Assembly: GCA_018652045.1 (NCBI GenBank)
Contig: JABICX010000004.1
Span: forward strand, 30,747-94,746
DNA: 64,000 nt
From: Candidatus Woesearchaeota archaeon
GTDB lineage: Archaea; Nanobdellota; Nanobdellia; UBA10117; JABICX01
Direction: 5' to 3'
A program made the translations under genes and the position numbers. Positions 52,630-62,212 of this stretch are shown one piece after another. How positions within the stretch are numbered: the first letter of the stretch is position 1; each line of letters begins with the position of its first letter. The notes below the pieces were generated by a model. The model ran no database searches. It was given only the letters and a program-made list of their open reading frames with translations, and had not been told where the DNA came from.

Positions 52630-54321
52630 TTAATTGTTGTGCCTTTGGTTCAAGTTAAGTGTTTTTACCTGTTGTAATGATGCTATCTCTTTGAGATTTT
52701 TATCAGGTCTCATACGGATTAATCTTGGGAAGCGTAGCGCAAAACCTGAACTATATGTTGGTGATTTCTGAATCTCTTCATAAGCGATTTCAATAACAAC
52801 TTTTGGTTTAACTCGAACAACCCTACCTTCATCAGCGATGATTAAAGGTTTTAATAATTTAGTCAATTCTTTGAAGCTCGTTCCCATATCTTCTTTCTCT
52901 TTGATTCCAGTACCCATTTTACCAATCTCTAAGAACTGGTCGTCTTTTTTGCAAGCGAGTATGAAGCTAGATAGCCAACCACCTCGCTTGCCTGTACCCC
53001 ATTCTGCACCAACAATAACTAAGTCGAGAGGTTCCATTATCGGTTTAATCTTTACGCCATATCCTACTCTAGAGCCTGGTTTGTATTCTGCTTCAAGATT
53101 TTTAGCTATAAGACCTTCATTTCCTTTTTCTAATGATTCCTTATAGAATCTACTCCCGTCTTCGTCAGAGGAAGTTACGATTTGTTCAGCTGGAGCAAAT
53201 TGTTGTGATTTTTTAATAATTTTTTCTATCGCTTTTCGTCGATCTTTAAATGGCACTAAAAGCATGTCTTTTCCATCCAAATACATAATATCAAAGACTC
53301 TGACAACGACTGGAATCTTTTTAGCTAGTAGTTCAACATCATATTTTCGTCTAATTCGTTGAGATATGTGTTGAAAGGGGAGCCATTTGCCGGTTTTTGG
53401 ATCTGACCCAATTGCTTCAGCATCTAAGATAAAATTAGTTGCACTAACCTGTTTTTTTACCATTGAAATAATATCAGGGAATTGTTTAGTTACATCTTCT
53501 TGCCGTCGAGTGAATACTTGAATCTTACTTGCTCGTTTGTGTATCTGTATATGAAAGCCATCGTATTTATATTCAAGAGCACCCGGCCTGCCAACACGCT
53601 CGAATGCATGAGTTATGTTTCTCGCTTTTTGATAAAGCATGACTTTGATTGGCTTACCTGTTGTGATAGTTGCAGCAGCTAGTTGGTTTACTCCGTTTTT
53701 AGCTAGTTGAGCAACCTCACCAAAATCAGTAGTTGTGTCGTATGCTTTTTGTACTGCTACCTTGTCAACATCAAAAGCCAGCGCAATACTGTCGCGCATA
53801 ACCCCTTCACCAATACCGATTCGTAGATCATTTAGACAGATTCTAACAAGGTACTTACTTTCCTCACCATTGCTAGATGCTAGTAACTCCTTAAGTAGAG
53901 AAATCTTGCGATCTACGGTTCCAGGACCTTCTAATTCAGATAGTTTATGTAAGTTACCTAGAACCTTGGACGTTGTGAGTGACCGAGAGAATAGAGTTGC
54001 TTGTTTTTTGTTACCCATGATTTGCGAAGCAGTTTCACCTAAGTCACCTGTTTTTTTCCATAGCTGCTTGACTTGGTCAATACTAGAACCACCTGCAGAA
54101 GATATGGCCTTTATTGCGAGTTGGATACCTAGACCCAAATCTCTTGCGTCATATTCGGGAAACGCTAGGCCTTGTAGTAATAATGTAATCTCTTCAAGTT
54201 CTTTAGGCGCAACATTTTTGAGAAAATCTGCGAGTATTGCAGTTTTCTCTAAGGTCTTTGTCGTGTTCTCTACTCGCCCATATATCGTAACTAGCTTTGA
54301 GTATAGCATGATATTATACAA
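52630..54321 (-). CDS. lig: ATP-dependent DNA ligase
   Basis: Adenylation motif I EYKYDGFHIQIH, motif III-V equivalents (ILDAEAI, EGLIAKN, KIKP), and an OB domain. The start may be 54309. Confidence 0.9.
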   Translation of the reverse strand: MYNIMLYSKLVTIYGRVENTTKTLEKTAILADFLKNVAPKELEEITLLLQGLAFPEYDARDLGLGIQLAIKAISSAGGSSIDQVKQLWKKTGDLGETASQIMGNKKQATLFSRSLTTSKVLGNLHKLSELEGPGTVDRKISLLKELLASSNGEESKYLVRICLNDLRIGIGEGVMRDSIALAFDVDKVAVQKAYDTTTDFGEVAQLAKNGVNQLAAATITTGKPIKVMLYQKARNITHAFERVGRPGALEYKYDGFHIQIHKRASKIQVFTRRQEDVTKQFPDIISMVKKQVSATNFILDAEAIGSDPKTGKWLPFQHISQRIRRKYDVELLAKKIPVVVRVFDIMYLDGKDMLLVPFKDRRKAIEKIIKKSQQFAPAEQIVTSSDEDGSRFYKESLEKGNEGLIAKNLEAEYKPGSRVGYGVKIKPIMEPLDLVIVGAEWGTGKRGGWLSSFILACKKDDQFLEIGKMGTGIKEKEDMGTSFKELTKLLKPLIIADEGRVVRVKPKVVIEIAYEEIQKSPTYSSGFALRFPRLIRMRPDKNLKEIASLQQVKTLNLNQRHNN

Positions 54322-54358
54322 GAGATAAAGTATATAAGTTTTAAGTGCGGAGTAAAGT

Positions 54359-54982
54359 ATGGCTTTTTTGGATATAGCAAAGAAACGAAGATCGATTCGA
54401 GAGTTTAGGGCGAAGAATGTTTCTGAGCAAGATATCTATGATTTGATTGATGCAGCTAGATGGGCACCATCTGCGAATAACCTTCAACCATGGCGTTTTA
54501 TTATCATTCGAGAATCTTCGACAAAAAACAAGATCGCTAAGGCATCGTATAAACAAACTTGGGTAGAAGGTGCGCCAGTTGTTATCTTGGTCTGTTCTTT
54601 GACTGGAGCAGTTGAGGCACGATTCCCGACTACAGGTGCTAGTTTGGCAAAGCAAGCAGTTGCTTCGGCTGTAGAGAATATTTTACTTGCAGCAGCTGAC
54701 AAAGGTTTAGCAACCTGTTGGATTGCTATACCGAAGCCAGGCAAGTTATCAAGCGATTTAGATGTACCTGATAATGTTGAGATCCAAGGAGCAATTGCTA
54801 TTGGTTATGCCCGGAAAAAGGTAAAAGCTCCATCGAGATTAGACGCAGGAGACTTAGTATCGTTCGAAGCCTGGGGCGCAGTAGGCGCTGATTATAATAC
54901 ATCTCTTCGTGGTGAGCAGGCAAAGCCACTTCTAGAAAAAAGAGCGATAAAGAAGATACGCGATCGGATCAAGAAGAAGTAG
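54359..54982 (+). CDS. Nitroreductase-family protein
   Basis: RRSIREFRAKNVSEQDIYDLIDAARWAPSANNLQPWRFIII is the classical nitroreductase N-terminus. Confidence 0.85.
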   Translation: MAFLDIAKKRRSIREFRAKNVSEQDIYDLIDAARWAPSANNLQPWRFIIIRESSTKNKIAKASYKQTWVEGAPVVILVCSLTGAVEARFPTTGASLAKQAVASAVENILLAAADKGLATCWIAIPKPGKLSSDLDVPDNVEIQGAIAIGYARKKVKAPSRLDAGDLVSFEAWGAVGADYNTSLRGEQAKPLLEKRAIKKIRDRIKKK

Positions 54983-55107
54983 TCAGTGAGTTTATAATGC
55001 TTTTAAGACAGTTTATTAGCTTAATTTTAAAAAGTTAAGAAAGAGTATGCCCACGTACTGGACATACTCCCAAACGGAAATCTCTTCGGAGGTGCTTGAG
55101 TATGATC

Positions 55108-56184
55108 TCAGCGGATCATATCTATGCCTAGCTCGCTATTCATCTCAATTGTTTTTTCGCTAGCTCTGCCCTGCGCAGCTTTTCCTAAGACAAATGGTGA
55201 TTTAACTCCAGTTATGATTGTCATAACTCGAATCTTTCCTTGCATATCGTCTTCAATTCTTGCGCCCCACATAACCATTGCATCTGCATCGAGGTTGTCG
55301 GTTACTAACTTACCAACCTGCTCTGCTTCATCCAAGGTTAGATCTGCTCCGCCAGTTATATGTATTAATGCACCGTTGGCACCCTTATAATCTACATCCA
55401 ATAATGGGTTAGAAAGCGCTCGTTTCACAGCGGTTATAGCTCTCTTTTCATCGTCAGCTTCTCCGATCCCAATAACTGAAACATCTCCCTTTGACATGAT
55501 GGTTTTTACATCAGCAAAGTCCATGTTAATCAGACTTGGAACTGCGATGATTTCTACGATTCCTTTAATCATAGTTGAAATCAACTCATTTGCTACTGCG
55601 AATGCCTGCTGTATTGGCAGATTTCCAGCAATAGTAGCTAATCTGTTATTGTCGATTACAATTACTGTATCACAGCACTGTCTTAGCTGTTTAAGACCCC
55701 ATTCTGCCTTATCAATCCTAGCTTTTTCTATTGTGAATGGCATAGTTACAACACATATTACGATGCAACCCATTTCTTTTGCGGCCTGCGCAATAACTGG
55801 TATTGCACCAGTACCTGTACCACCACCAAGTCCAGCAGTAAGGAACAACATGTCTGCTCCACGAATACTTTCTTTGACTTCGTGTATCTGCTCTCTTGCA
55901 GATTCTGTACCGACAGCCGGGTTTCCACCAGCACCTAAACCTTTGGTTAGATCTCTACCAATAAGGATCTTCTTATCAGCCTCTCTGAAATCTAAATGTT
56001 GTTTATCAGTATTGATTGAGATAATCTCAGCGCCAGATACGCCTTTCTTGTATAGCCAGTCGACCATATTATTACCGCCACCGCCTGCGCCGATTACTTT
56101 TATAGTTGCTTGTCCAATAAGTCCGTCATAAGTTGTCTTCTGTCCTTCAGAAGTTTTTATTGCATTTTGTACTACAAATTCCAT
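55108..56184 (-). CDS. ftsZ: Cell division GTPase FtsZ
   Basis: IKVIGAGGGGNNMV, tubulin signature GGGTGTGAIPVIA, NTDKQHL. SD gggggtg upstream. Confidence 0.95.
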   Translation of the reverse strand: MEFVVQNAIKTSEGQKTTYDGLIGQATIKVIGAGGGGNNMVDWLYKKGVSGAEIISINTDKQHLDFREADKKILIGRDLTKGLGAGGNPAVGTESAREQIHEVKESIRGADMLFLTAGLGGGTGTGAIPVIAQAAKEMGCIVICVVTMPFTIEKARIDKAEWGLKQLRQCCDTVIVIDNNRLATIAGNLPIQQAFAVANELISTMIKGIVEIIAVPSLINMDFADVKTIMSKGDVSVIGIGEADDEKRAITAVKRALSNPLLDVDYKGANGALIHITGGADLTLDEAEQVGKLVTDNLDADAMVMWGARIEDDMQGKIRVMTIITGVKSPFVLGKAAQGRASEKTIEMNSELGIDMIR

Positions 56185-56350
56185 TTTACACCCCCAAAAC
56201 AGTTAGTTAAAGAAAAGGATCAACTTCCTGATTTGTGCATCTGTTTAAAATATGAAACGAGGTTTAAAATAAGTTTATATGTTTAATAAAACAAAGTTAC
56301 ATTTCTCTTGGAACCTCAAATCTTAAATAGTTCGTATGTATTAGACAAGT

Positions 56351-57616
56351 ATGGCTAAATTTGCGGCAGGCGACTTTGTTCGAGTATCTGGAAGAGGGTT
56401 TGAATACACTGGAACAGTCATGCCATCACAGGACGAGAATATAACCATACTGAAGTTAGAGAATGGATACAATGTTGGAATTGTAACCAAGCGAATCAAG
56501 AAACCACATATTATCAAGCGCGCAAAACAATCAACACCTGTTTTATCTAAGGTAAAATCAAAATCAGGATTACCGAAGATAACGATAATCACAACGGGAG
56601 GAACAATAACCTCTCGAGTAGATTACAAGACAGGCGCAACACATTCATTGACCAAACCAGAAGAATTGATAGCCAACATACCTGAGCTCACTAAGCTAGC
56701 AAATATCAAGATAATATCTCCTTTTTCACAATGGTCTGAGGACCTTACTCCACAAGACTTTCAAAGAATCGCAGACACTGCAGCAGTGGAATTGAATAAA
56801 GGTGCATCGGGAGTTATTGTAACACAAGGTACAGATACACTTCACTTTACCTCAGCAGCACTAAGTTTTATGATTAAAGATCTGTCAAAGCCGATAGCAG
56901 TTGTTGGTGGTCAAAGAAGTTCAGACCGCGGAAGTTTTGATGGTGCTCAAAATCTTATCTGTGCAGTTCATTACTGTCTTTCACATATTGCAGAGGTTGC
57001 GATTGTTATGCACGCAAACACCGATGACGACTATTGTTATGCACTTAGGGGAACGAAAGTACGTAAGATGCACAGCTCTCGTAGAGATGCATTTAGGCCG
57101 ATCAATTGCTTGCCACTCGCAAAGATCGATCCAAAGAAGGGTGTTGAAATCCTAGCAAAGAACTACAACAAACGGACAGATAAGACGGTTAAGGCAGACA
57201 CACAGCTAGAACCAAAAGTAGTTTTGATAAAGTTCTTTCCAGGTTTAAAGTCAGACATCATTAATTATTATATTGATAAGGGATACAAAGGTATTATTTT
57301 AGAAGGTACTGGTTTCGGAAACATTGCAACAGATACCTGGATACCAACGCTTGAGAATGCATCAAAGCACGCAATTATCTGTATGACAACACAGACGCTT
57401 TATGGAACAACTAATAATCATGTTTATTCGGCAGGAGTTCGCGAGGAAAAGGCAGGTGTTATTCATTGTAATGACACTCTTCCAGAGACTGCCTACATGA
57501 AGTTAATGCACTTGCTCGGGACAAATAAAAACCTAAACGAAGTCAGAAAACAAATGACTCAGAACCTTGTAGGCGAGATCAATACACGTATTGAAAAGAA
57601 CAGTTTTTTGTATTAG
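56351..57616 (+). CDS. gatD: Glu-tRNA(Gln) amidotransferase subunit D (GatD)
   Basis: N-terminal GatD-specific domain (GDFVRV...YTGTVMP) and an asparaginase fold with ITIITTGGTITS and VTQGTDTL. Confidence 0.9.
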   Translation: MAKFAAGDFVRVSGRGFEYTGTVMPSQDENITILKLENGYNVGIVTKRIKKPHIIKRAKQSTPVLSKVKSKSGLPKITIITTGGTITSRVDYKTGATHSLTKPEELIANIPELTKLANIKIISPFSQWSEDLTPQDFQRIADTAAVELNKGASGVIVTQGTDTLHFTSAALSFMIKDLSKPIAVVGGQRSSDRGSFDGAQNLICAVHYCLSHIAEVAIVMHANTDDDYCYALRGTKVRKMHSSRRDAFRPINCLPLAKIDPKKGVEILAKNYNKRTDKTVKADTQLEPKVVLIKFFPGLKSDIINYYIDKGYKGIILEGTGFGNIATDTWIPTLENASKHAIICMTTQTLYGTTNNHVYSAGVREEKAGVIHCNDTLPETAYMKLMHLLGTNKNLNEVRKQMTQNLVGEINTRIEKNSFLY

Positions 57617-57776
57617 AAAGCCTTAAAAACGCTTAATCACATACATTATCATGGCAAAAGGCGATTGTCCCAATCTATAAGAAGTTCGGTCTAGCCATAG
57701 TTTTCAATAATTGATATGTGATAGTGTAAGCTAGTCACCATTTTCGTTTTCTCCACAAGGTTATTATTCAAGCAAT

Positions 57777-57848
57777 GTCAGGATAGTCTAATAGGTAGGA
57801 TATGGGACTGTTACTCCCTTGGTGGTGGTTCGAGTCCACCTCCTGACG
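57777..57848 (+). tRNA. tRNA-Asn (anticodon GUU)
   Basis: Acceptor GUCAGGA/UCCUGAC, anticodon arm UGGGA-CUGUUAC-UCCCU, T arm GGUGG-UUCGAGU-CCACC, discriminator G. Ends 3 nt before the gatC ATG. Confidence 0.9.
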
Positions 57849-57851
57849 CTT

Positions 57852-58136
57852 ATGAAAGTTGACCGACAACTCGTAAAGAAAGTAGCTGCGATAGCTAGAA
57901 TCAATCTAACCGAGTCAGAGCTGGCAAAGTTCACAGATGATTTTAAAGATATACTTCAAGATTTTTCTGTGTTGAGTAAAATTGATACAGATAAAGTAGT
58001 ACCGACATTTTGCTCAGCAGATTTGCAGAATGTCTATCGTCAAGATCGTGTTGATAAATGTCTCATACGGCAAAAAGCACTAGTTAACACTAAACATAAG
58101 GAGAACGGATTTTTCAAAGGTCCTAAAACCGTATGA
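57852..58136 (+). CDS. gatC: Asp/Glu-tRNA amidotransferase subunit C (GatC)
   Basis: 94 aa. VKKVAAIARINLTESELAKFTDDFKDILQDFSVLSKIDT is typical of GatC. ATG at 57852 is preferred because the track start lies inside the tRNA. Confidence 0.85.
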   Translation: MKVDRQLVKKVAAIARINLTESELAKFTDDFKDILQDFSVLSKIDTDKVVPTFCSADLQNVYRQDRVDKCLIRQKALVNTKHKENGFFKGPKTV

Positions 58137-59383
58137 CTTATCTAATAACTAAAGTCAAAGTTAGTAATGGAATACCTTTAGTTGTAAAGGATAGTATCTG
58201 TACAAAAGGTATACTAACAACGGCAGGTTCTAAGATACTGCAAGGTTTTGTTCCAACATATGATGCAACAGCAGTTAGGTTAGCAAAGAAAGCAGGCTGC
58301 AAGGTTGTTGGTAAAGCAACTCAAGACGAATTCGGTTTCGGGACTTTCTCAACAAACTGTGCTTTTGGAGTTCCAAAGAATCCTCACGATTTGTCTAGAA
58401 GTTGTGGAGGTTCAAGTGGAGGTGTTGCAGGATATGTGGCAGCTTCAAAGTCAGATGTATTTGGTTTAGGTGAGTCGACGGGTGGATCGATTTCATGTCC
58501 AGCTAGCTTTTGTGGCGTTGTTGGTCTGACGCCGACGTATGGGCTAGTTTCAAGATACGGTTTAATTGACTACGCAAGTTCCTTAGATCGAATCGGTCCG
58601 ATTACACAAACCGTGGAAGATGCTGCGTGGTTATTATCAAAGATAGCACGTTATGATAAACAAGATTCTACTTCGATTAAGAAGTCAGCAGAAGATTATA
58701 CTCTTTATTGTGGCAAGTCTATCAAAGGGTTAAAGATTGGTGTTCCAAAAGAGTACATGGATCTTGCTACAAAGAATGTTCGAGATACAGTCACACTGGC
58801 GATCAATCAGCTGGAAAAGTTGGGAGCAAAAATAGTACCAATATCACTTAAATACACTGATTTGGCACTTCCGGCTTACTATATTATAGCACTTTCAGAA
58901 GCATCGACGAACTTAGCTAAGTTTTGTGGTATGCGTTATGGTTTACAGGATAAACTAGACGGTAACTTTAACACCTACTTTTCGAAAGTGCGATCCGAAG
59001 GGTTTGGTGAAGAAGCAAAACGTAGAATTTTATTAGGGACTTTCGCGAGAATGGCAGGATTCCAGGACAAGTATTACATCAAAGCGCTTAAGATAAGAAC
59101 ACTTGTTATCGAAGATTTTCAGAAGACATTCAAAAAAGTAGATGTTATAGCAGCTCCAACAATGCCAATTGTTGCGCCAAAGTTCTCTGAAATCGAAAAA
59201 TTAAGTCCCTTAGATCAGTATAAAATTGATGTTTTGACTGTGCCAGTCAGTCTTGCAGGACTTCCGCAGCTTAGTGTTCCAGCAGGTTTTGTAGGGAAGA
59301 TGCCCGTAGGATTACATTTAATAGCTAATTATCTAGATGAAGGAAAGATTATTCAAGTAGGTGATGCATTTGAGCAAAGTTAA
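58133..59383 (+). CDS. gatA: Asp/Glu-tRNA amidotransferase subunit A (GatA), short N-terminus
   Basis: Amidase signature GGSSGGVAGYVA, VKDSICTKGILTTAGSKIL, GGSISCPASFCGVVGLTPTYG. 416 aa, about 60-70 aa shorter at the N-terminus than typical GatA. Confidence 0.9.
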   Translation: MTYLITKVKVSNGIPLVVKDSICTKGILTTAGSKILQGFVPTYDATAVRLAKKAGCKVVGKATQDEFGFGTFSTNCAFGVPKNPHDLSRSCGGSSGGVAGYVAASKSDVFGLGESTGGSISCPASFCGVVGLTPTYGLVSRYGLIDYASSLDRIGPITQTVEDAAWLLSKIARYDKQDSTSIKKSAEDYTLYCGKSIKGLKIGVPKEYMDLATKNVRDTVTLAINQLEKLGAKIVPISLKYTDLALPAYYIIALSEASTNLAKFCGMRYGLQDKLDGNFNTYFSKVRSEGFGEEAKRRILLGTFARMAGFQDKYYIKALKIRTLVIEDFQKTFKKVDVIAAPTMPIVAPKFSEIEKLSPLDQYKIDVLTVPVSLAGLPQLSVPAGFVGKMPVGLHLIANYLDEGKIIQVGDAFEQS

Positions 59384-60749
59384 AATTGGATTGGAGATTC
59401 ATGCGCAGTTGAATACTAACAGTAAGTTATTCTGTGGCTGCAAAACTAAATCTGCAACACCAAATACTGCGACATGTGAAGTCTGTTTGGGGATGCCCGG
59501 GTCGAAGCCAGTGTTGAACAAAAAAGCGTTGGATTTCGCAGTCATGTTATCTTTGGCACTGAACTGCAAAGTAGCTAAAGCAAGTAGATTCGATCGTAAG
59601 ACTTACTTCTATCCAGACTTACCGAAGAACTATCAGATTACGCAGTATCATTCTCCAATCGCAGAAGATGGCCATGTTTTTGTTCAAAGTAAGAAAATCA
59701 AAATACGGCGTATTCAACTTGAAGAAGATCCTGGAAGTATAACATACCCGCAGCATATTGATATATCTAATTATGCACTAGTCGATTATAACCGATCAGG
59801 ATATCCGCTGTGTGAGATCGTTACTGATCCAGACTTTTCGTCGTCCAAAGAGGTCAAACAGTTCTTGAAGTTGATAGTTTCTATCGTAAAACATCTGAAA
59901 GTGTATACTTCAGATCGAAGTTTTAGAGTTGATACAAATGTCAGCATTGGAAGGAACCCTCGTGTTGAGATAAAGAATGTCGGTAGCATAAAAGACGTCG
60001 TGTCTGCAATAGAATATGAAGTGTTCCGACAAAAACAAGAGATCGAAAATGGCCAAAGAATAAAACAAGAGACTCGAAGGTTCAATGGATCAGCTACTGT
60101 TTCGATGCGTGGAAAAGAAACTGAAGAAGAGTATGGATATATTATTGATCCAGACTTGCCCGTTATTGTTATTAGTGATGCTCAGCTAAAAAAAATCGTG
60201 AAAGCTATGCCCGAACTTCCATCACAACGTATGCAACGTATGATGCAACAGTACAAAATCAATAAACACCAAGCTATAGCAATTGTTTCAGAGAAGGAGT
60301 TAGCAGACTTTTACGAAAAAGTTGCAAAAGATACTGACGCACAGCTCGCAGCTAGTTGGATTTCAACACAGTTGCTTAAGGTTTTGAACTATAATAATCT
60401 ATTTTTTAGTGAGACTGACCTGGACGTACAACATTTTGTACCTTTCTTGAATCTAATAAGGAAAAGCAAAATTAGTGACCGCGCAGCAGACCTTCTTCTC
60501 AGAGAGTTGGTCTTGAAACCACAACATCCAGGTACGTTAGCCGACAAACTAAAATTATTGACATTAACTGACGCAAAACTTTTAGAGTTGACTGTATCTG
60601 TGCTTAAGAAACATAAGAAACAGACTGAGCAGTATAAGCGTGGCGACTCTAAGATTATCGCGTTCTTAATTGGGCAAGTTATCAAAGAGAGCAAAGGCCG
60701 TGCAGATGCAAAGAAAGTCAAACAAGAAATCGTTAAATATCTTGCTTAG
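59364..60749 (+). CDS. gatB: Asp/Glu-tRNA amidotransferase subunit B (GatB)
   Basis: IGLEIHAQLNT, CEVCLGMPGSKPVLN, FDRKTYFYPDLPKNYQITQ, and a C-terminal YqeY-like tail. GTG at 59361 is also possible. Confidence 0.9.
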   Translation: MHLSKVKIGLEIHAQLNTNSKLFCGCKTKSATPNTATCEVCLGMPGSKPVLNKKALDFAVMLSLALNCKVAKASRFDRKTYFYPDLPKNYQITQYHSPIAEDGHVFVQSKKIKIRRIQLEEDPGSITYPQHIDISNYALVDYNRSGYPLCEIVTDPDFSSSKEVKQFLKLIVSIVKHLKVYTSDRSFRVDTNVSIGRNPRVEIKNVGSIKDVVSAIEYEVFRQKQEIENGQRIKQETRRFNGSATVSMRGKETEEEYGYIIDPDLPVIVISDAQLKKIVKAMPELPSQRMQRMMQQYKINKHQAIAIVSEKELADFYEKVAKDTDAQLAASWISTQLLKVLNYNNLFFSETDLDVQHFVPFLNLIRKSKISDRAADLLLRELVLKPQHPGTLADKLKLLTLTDAKLLELTVSVLKKHKKQTEQYKRGDSKIIAFLIGQVIKESKGRADAKKVKQEIVKYLA

Positions 60750-60759
60750 TTCTCATAAT

Positions 60760-62175
60760 ATGGATTATCCGAAACTGGGGTTCAAATGTGGCTTGGAGGT
60801 ACATGGACAGCTAGATGTTGGAAAGCTGTTCTGTGAGTGTGAAGGTAGATTGCGAAAAGATAAACCTCACTTTACAGTCAATCGCAAGTTGCGAGCAATG
60901 GCTGGAGAGTCAGGTTATATTGACGCTGCAGCAGCGCATGCACAGGCAAAAGGTCTACGCTATGTCTATGAAGGTTACAACGACACAACCTGTTTAGTGG
61001 AGTTAGATGAGGAACCACCTCACACAGTAAATAAGGAAGCACTTGATGCAGCTCTAACAATAGCAACGATCTTGCACTGCGATATTGCAGATTATGTTCA
61101 AGTTATGCGAAAAACGATTGTTGACGGCACAAATGTATCTGGTTTTCAGCGAACGTCCATGATAGCAACCAACGGTTATATTGAGGTTGGTGGAGATAAG
61201 ATTAGTATAATTTTTGTAGGTCTGGAAGAAGACGCAGCACGTAGAACTGCAGAAGATAAAGAGACAGTTACCTATCGATTGGATCGCTTAGGAATACCTT
61301 TAGTTGAAATCGCCACAGGACCTGACATAAAGACACCAGAGCAGGCGAAAGCTGTCGCTCTAGCAATTGGAATGCTTATTCGTGCAACTGGTAAAGCAAT
61401 GCGCGGGATTGGAACTATTCGACAGGATGTTAATGTATCTATTAAAAATCATCCGCGAATCGAGTTGAAAGGTTTCCAAGATCTTAAGTCGATGCCTGAA
61501 ACCATCAAACGAGAGGTTAAGCGTCAGCAAGAAGTTCTTTACAAAAAAGAGAAACTTGAATCACATGTTAGGAATGCAAAACCAGATTTTACAAGCAAGT
61601 ATCTGAGACCTATGCCGGGATCAGCTCGAATGTATCCTGAGACAGACTTAACACTTATTCCAATATCACGCGATAAGCGAGCGGATATCGAGAAACGTTT
61701 ACCTGAACTGCCTGACGTAAAGTTTAATCGATTGCTTAAAGCAGGTCTAAACGACGTACTCGCTTCCCAAGTTTTATTTGACGATCAGTTTGCTTACCTG
61801 CATAAGAAGTTTAAGAAGCTAGATCCAAAGCTGATCGCAACAACGCTTCTTTCAACCCAAAAGGAAGCGAGGAAGAAGGCAGATCAAGACGAGGGCAATT
61901 TCCAGCAAGAACACTTTGAAGAGATATTTAAGCTTCTTCAAGATGGTAAGATCTCAAAAGAAGCAGTCTTAGACATGCTTGTCGAAGTTGCAAAAGGCGA
62001 AACTGTAGCCTCTGCCGCAAAGAAGTTTAAGTTAATGTCTGACGTTGAACTCAAGAAAGAGATAGCTAAACTTAAGAAGAAGTTTGCTAAAGTTCCAGAG
62101 AATAAACTTAAGGGAATTGTCATTGGTAATCTGCGCGGAAAGGCAGACATCCAGAAAATTATGAAGTTTCTGTAA
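60760..62175 (+). CDS. gatE: Glu-tRNA(Gln) amidotransferase subunit E (GatE), unusually short (471 aa)
   Basis: GatE-type motifs GLEVHGQLD, CLVELDEEPPH, RKTIVDGTNVSGFQRT, LDRLGIPLVEIATGPD, GTIRQDVNVSI, YLRPMPGSARMYPETD. Only about 24 aa occupy the place where the AspRS-like insertion domain normally sits. Confidence 0.85.
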   Translation: MDYPKLGFKCGLEVHGQLDVGKLFCECEGRLRKDKPHFTVNRKLRAMAGESGYIDAAAAHAQAKGLRYVYEGYNDTTCLVELDEEPPHTVNKEALDAALTIATILHCDIADYVQVMRKTIVDGTNVSGFQRTSMIATNGYIEVGGDKISIIFVGLEEDAARRTAEDKETVTYRLDRLGIPLVEIATGPDIKTPEQAKAVALAIGMLIRATGKAMRGIGTIRQDVNVSIKNHPRIELKGFQDLKSMPETIKREVKRQQEVLYKKEKLESHVRNAKPDFTSKYLRPMPGSARMYPETDLTLIPISRDKRADIEKRLPELPDVKFNRLLKAGLNDVLASQVLFDDQFAYLHKKFKKLDPKLIATTLLSTQKEARKKADQDEGNFQQEHFEEIFKLLQDGKISKEAVLDMLVEVAKGETVASAAKKFKLMSDVELKKEIAKLKKKFAKVPENKLKGIVIGNLRGKADIQKIMKFL

Positions 62176-62176
62176 T

Positions 62177-62193
62177 CGTTAGATTTTTAAACT
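62177..62193 (+). promoter_or_regulatory. BRE/TATA-like promoter upstream of ORF 62213
   Basis: cgttagatttttaaact is identical to the tRNA-Gln promoter 17-mer. Its TATA part lies about 25 nt upstream of ATG 62213. Confidence 0.4.
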
Positions 62194-62212
62194 ACTCTTG
62201 AGGAGTTAAGTT

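Noticed and set aside
55496-56131. 211-aa ORF antisense to ftsZ. Similar long antisense ORFs occur at 53735-54328 (opposite lig), 51407-51913 (opposite trmB), 20139-20630, 23553-23996, 24262-24732, 25877-26329, 26606-27001, 42052-42477 and 2063-2482.
   Set aside because: Each lies fully opposite a gene with unmistakable conserved motifs. Their translations are low-complexity (Ser/Leu/Pro/Ile-rich) with no motifs. They are typical shadow ORFs of codon-biased genes.
57617-57776. Possible C/D-box or other small RNA in the 160-nt spacer between gatD and tRNA-Asn, which has a promoter-like aagccttaaaaacgc at its 5' end.
   Set aside because: There is no RUGAUGA/CUGA box pair on either strand (only degenerate gtgatag/atggtga), and I could not draw a convincing fold. 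It is left as an unexplained spacer.
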